Shown: positions 62,312-64,000 of the stretch, in pieces
Layout: each line of letters begins with the position of its first letter
How positions within the stretch are numbered: the stretch's first letter is position 1
Assembly (NCBI RefSeq): GCF_006345805.1
Contig: NC_043010.1
Location: 47,678,001-47,742,000 of the forward strand
Direction: 5' to 3'
Source of the DNA: Octopus sinensis
Lineage: Eukaryota
DNA: 64,000 nucleotides
Translations under genes and position numbers: made by a program
Notes under the pieces: generated by a model
Databases searched by the model: none
Told to the model about the DNA's origin: nothing
The model's input: the letters and a program-made list of their open reading frames with translations, nothing else

Positions 62312-62691
62312 TGTGTATTATTGTCTCCTTGCCTTGGTAGTTGTAAACAAGCATCACTGTCATATAAGCAGTGTCCTTCATTTCCAATCTTCCATGAAAA
62401 CATGTCTGGTCATGGAGAAGAAACAGTTGAGGGTTGGTGATGGGAAGAGCATCCAATTAGAGAAAATCTGCTTTTGTAAATTCTGTTTGTCCCATGCAAG
62501 CATGGAGACATTGAAATGCGGCTGCCGACACCACTGATAACAATGACGCCACTGCTGACGATGGTGGCACCACTGATGATGATCTCACCGCTAATGATGA
62601 CGCCACTGCCACCAACATACAAAATGTCCCAACCTGGGGCTATATATGAACAAGGAAATAATACAAGAGAAGAAAACTAGAAAAAGCTCAC

Positions 62692-62795
62692 CTACAAAGC
62701 CATATATTTTATAACGGGTCTTAATACCAGCATCAAGGATGAAGATAATCTTATTGTCACAGAGAACAAACAGGTACTGAGCCTGCTGGTCATAG
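62692..62795 (-). CDS. CFAP43: CFAP43 coding exon (1st in window; WD40 region) YDQQAQYLFVLCDNKIIFILDAGIKTRYKIYGFV
   Basis: Acceptor ttcttcatccag, donor G|GTGAGC. 104 nt, phase 2 to 1. Resembles recalled vertebrate CFAP43 YDQQGIFLLVGT..KVFII..FQIIGF. Confidence 0.85.
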
Positions 62796-62970
62796 CTGGA
62801 TGAAGAAAAACGTGACGAAATGAAATTAAGCTAATATTGTGAAGATGATGAAATAACAGTAGAGCATATGTTAAATACAGACATCGACAACTGGAATGAG
62901 CATTAAATAGTGACGAGTATCAACTAATATCAACAACAAGAGGTGAATGAGAGTGTTAAATATTAAATAA

Positions 62971-63125
62971 GGGCATGGCTGTGTGCTAAGAAGTTTGCTT
63001 CCCAACCACATGGTTTCAGGTTCAGTCCTATTGCGTGGTACCTTGAGCAAGTGACTTCTACTATAGTCTCGGGTCGACCAAAGTCTTGTGAATGGATTTA
63101 GTAGACAGAAACTGAAAGAAGCCTG

Positions 63126-63177
<52 letters not shown>

Positions 63178-63378
63178 GTATGTGTGTGTGTGTGTTTCCC
63201 CCCCACACCACCACCACCACTTGATGTGTTTACATCCTCATAACTTAGTGGTTCGGCAAAAGAGACAAATAAAATAAGTACCAAGCTTAAATAAGTACTA
63301 GGGCCGATCCATTTGACTAAAATTTAAAGGCCGTGTCCCTGCACGGTGACAGACTAATGACTGAGATAAAAGACAGAA
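62971..63378 (+). mobile_element. SINE family A copy
   Basis: Head, core, (TG)n and tail all present. Confidence 0.8.
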
Positions 63379-63603
63379 GAATCAAAAAATACATATCAAC
63401 AACAATGGTGATTATCAAATAGAAACATCTTTATCTTTTATCCCTTACTTGTTCTAGCCATTGGACAGTGGTCATGCTGGGGCACCACCTTGAAGGGTTT
63501 AATCCAACAAATCAAACTTACTATTTATTTTTAAGCCTGGCATTTATCATATTGGTCTCATTTGCTGAATTGCTAAATTAGATGGATGTAAACAAAGCAA
63601 CAC

Positions 63604-63831
63604 TGTAGTAAAGATCGTTTGCCAACATAACATGGCAGTCCTAGTTTAGGACTAATGTTGCTGTAATTTAGCCCCAGGAGACATCATCTCCAGCTGGCTA
63701 TACGACACGATCTGGGTCCTTACATTTTTGAACAAGGGAATCTAGCACCCCAACTCAGCTCAAAACAATTACAGCAACATTAGTCCTAAACCAGGACTGT
63801 CATGTTATGTTGGCAAACAATCTTTACTACA
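63604..63831. mobile_element. MITE-like element with about 65-bp TIRs
   Basis: tgtagtaaagatcgtttgcc..gctgtaatt / aattacagc..aatctttactaca. Confidence 0.75.
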
Positions 63832-63940
63832 AAGTACTGTTGCTGAATATCTCATGTTGTGAGATTTAAAAATAGCTGTGAAGTAGTTGTGGGCGGCAAA
63901 CACAAGCACAAAGACACACTCACACGTTGCTCCATCCTCT

Positions 63941-63982
<42 letters not shown>

Positions 63983-64000
63983 CACATGTGTGTGTGTGTA

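Overview
AT-rich, microsatellite- and SINE-dense eukaryotic DNA, most likely from an octopus or other coleoid cephalopod (inferred from the repeat families, not proven). The whole window lies inside one large minus-strand gene, CFAP43 (WDR96, cilia- and flagella-associated protein 43). I assembled by hand 22 GT-AG coding exons from 62795 down to 2060 (2808 nt, 935 full codons, one continuous frame). They cover the end of the WD40 region and most of the coiled-coil C-terminal half; both gene ends lie outside the window. The introns hold at least five tRNA-derived SINE families and decayed LINEs (RTE-like, CR1/L2-like, R4/Dong-like). They also hold two kinds of Penelope-like element (PLE), mariner/Tc1/pogo/piggyBac-type DNA elements and MITEs, and Helitron-type non-autonomous elements. 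The most unusual signal is a set of short non-coding elements that form long inverted repeats and/or carry minimal hammerhead-ribozyme-like motifs. One has a G3:C8 swap of the conserved C3:G8 core pair (51823-51873), and one joins a tRNA/Pol III head to a hammerhead-bearing PLE-type tail (4964-5549). All homology calls come from recalled sequence motifs; no database searches were run.
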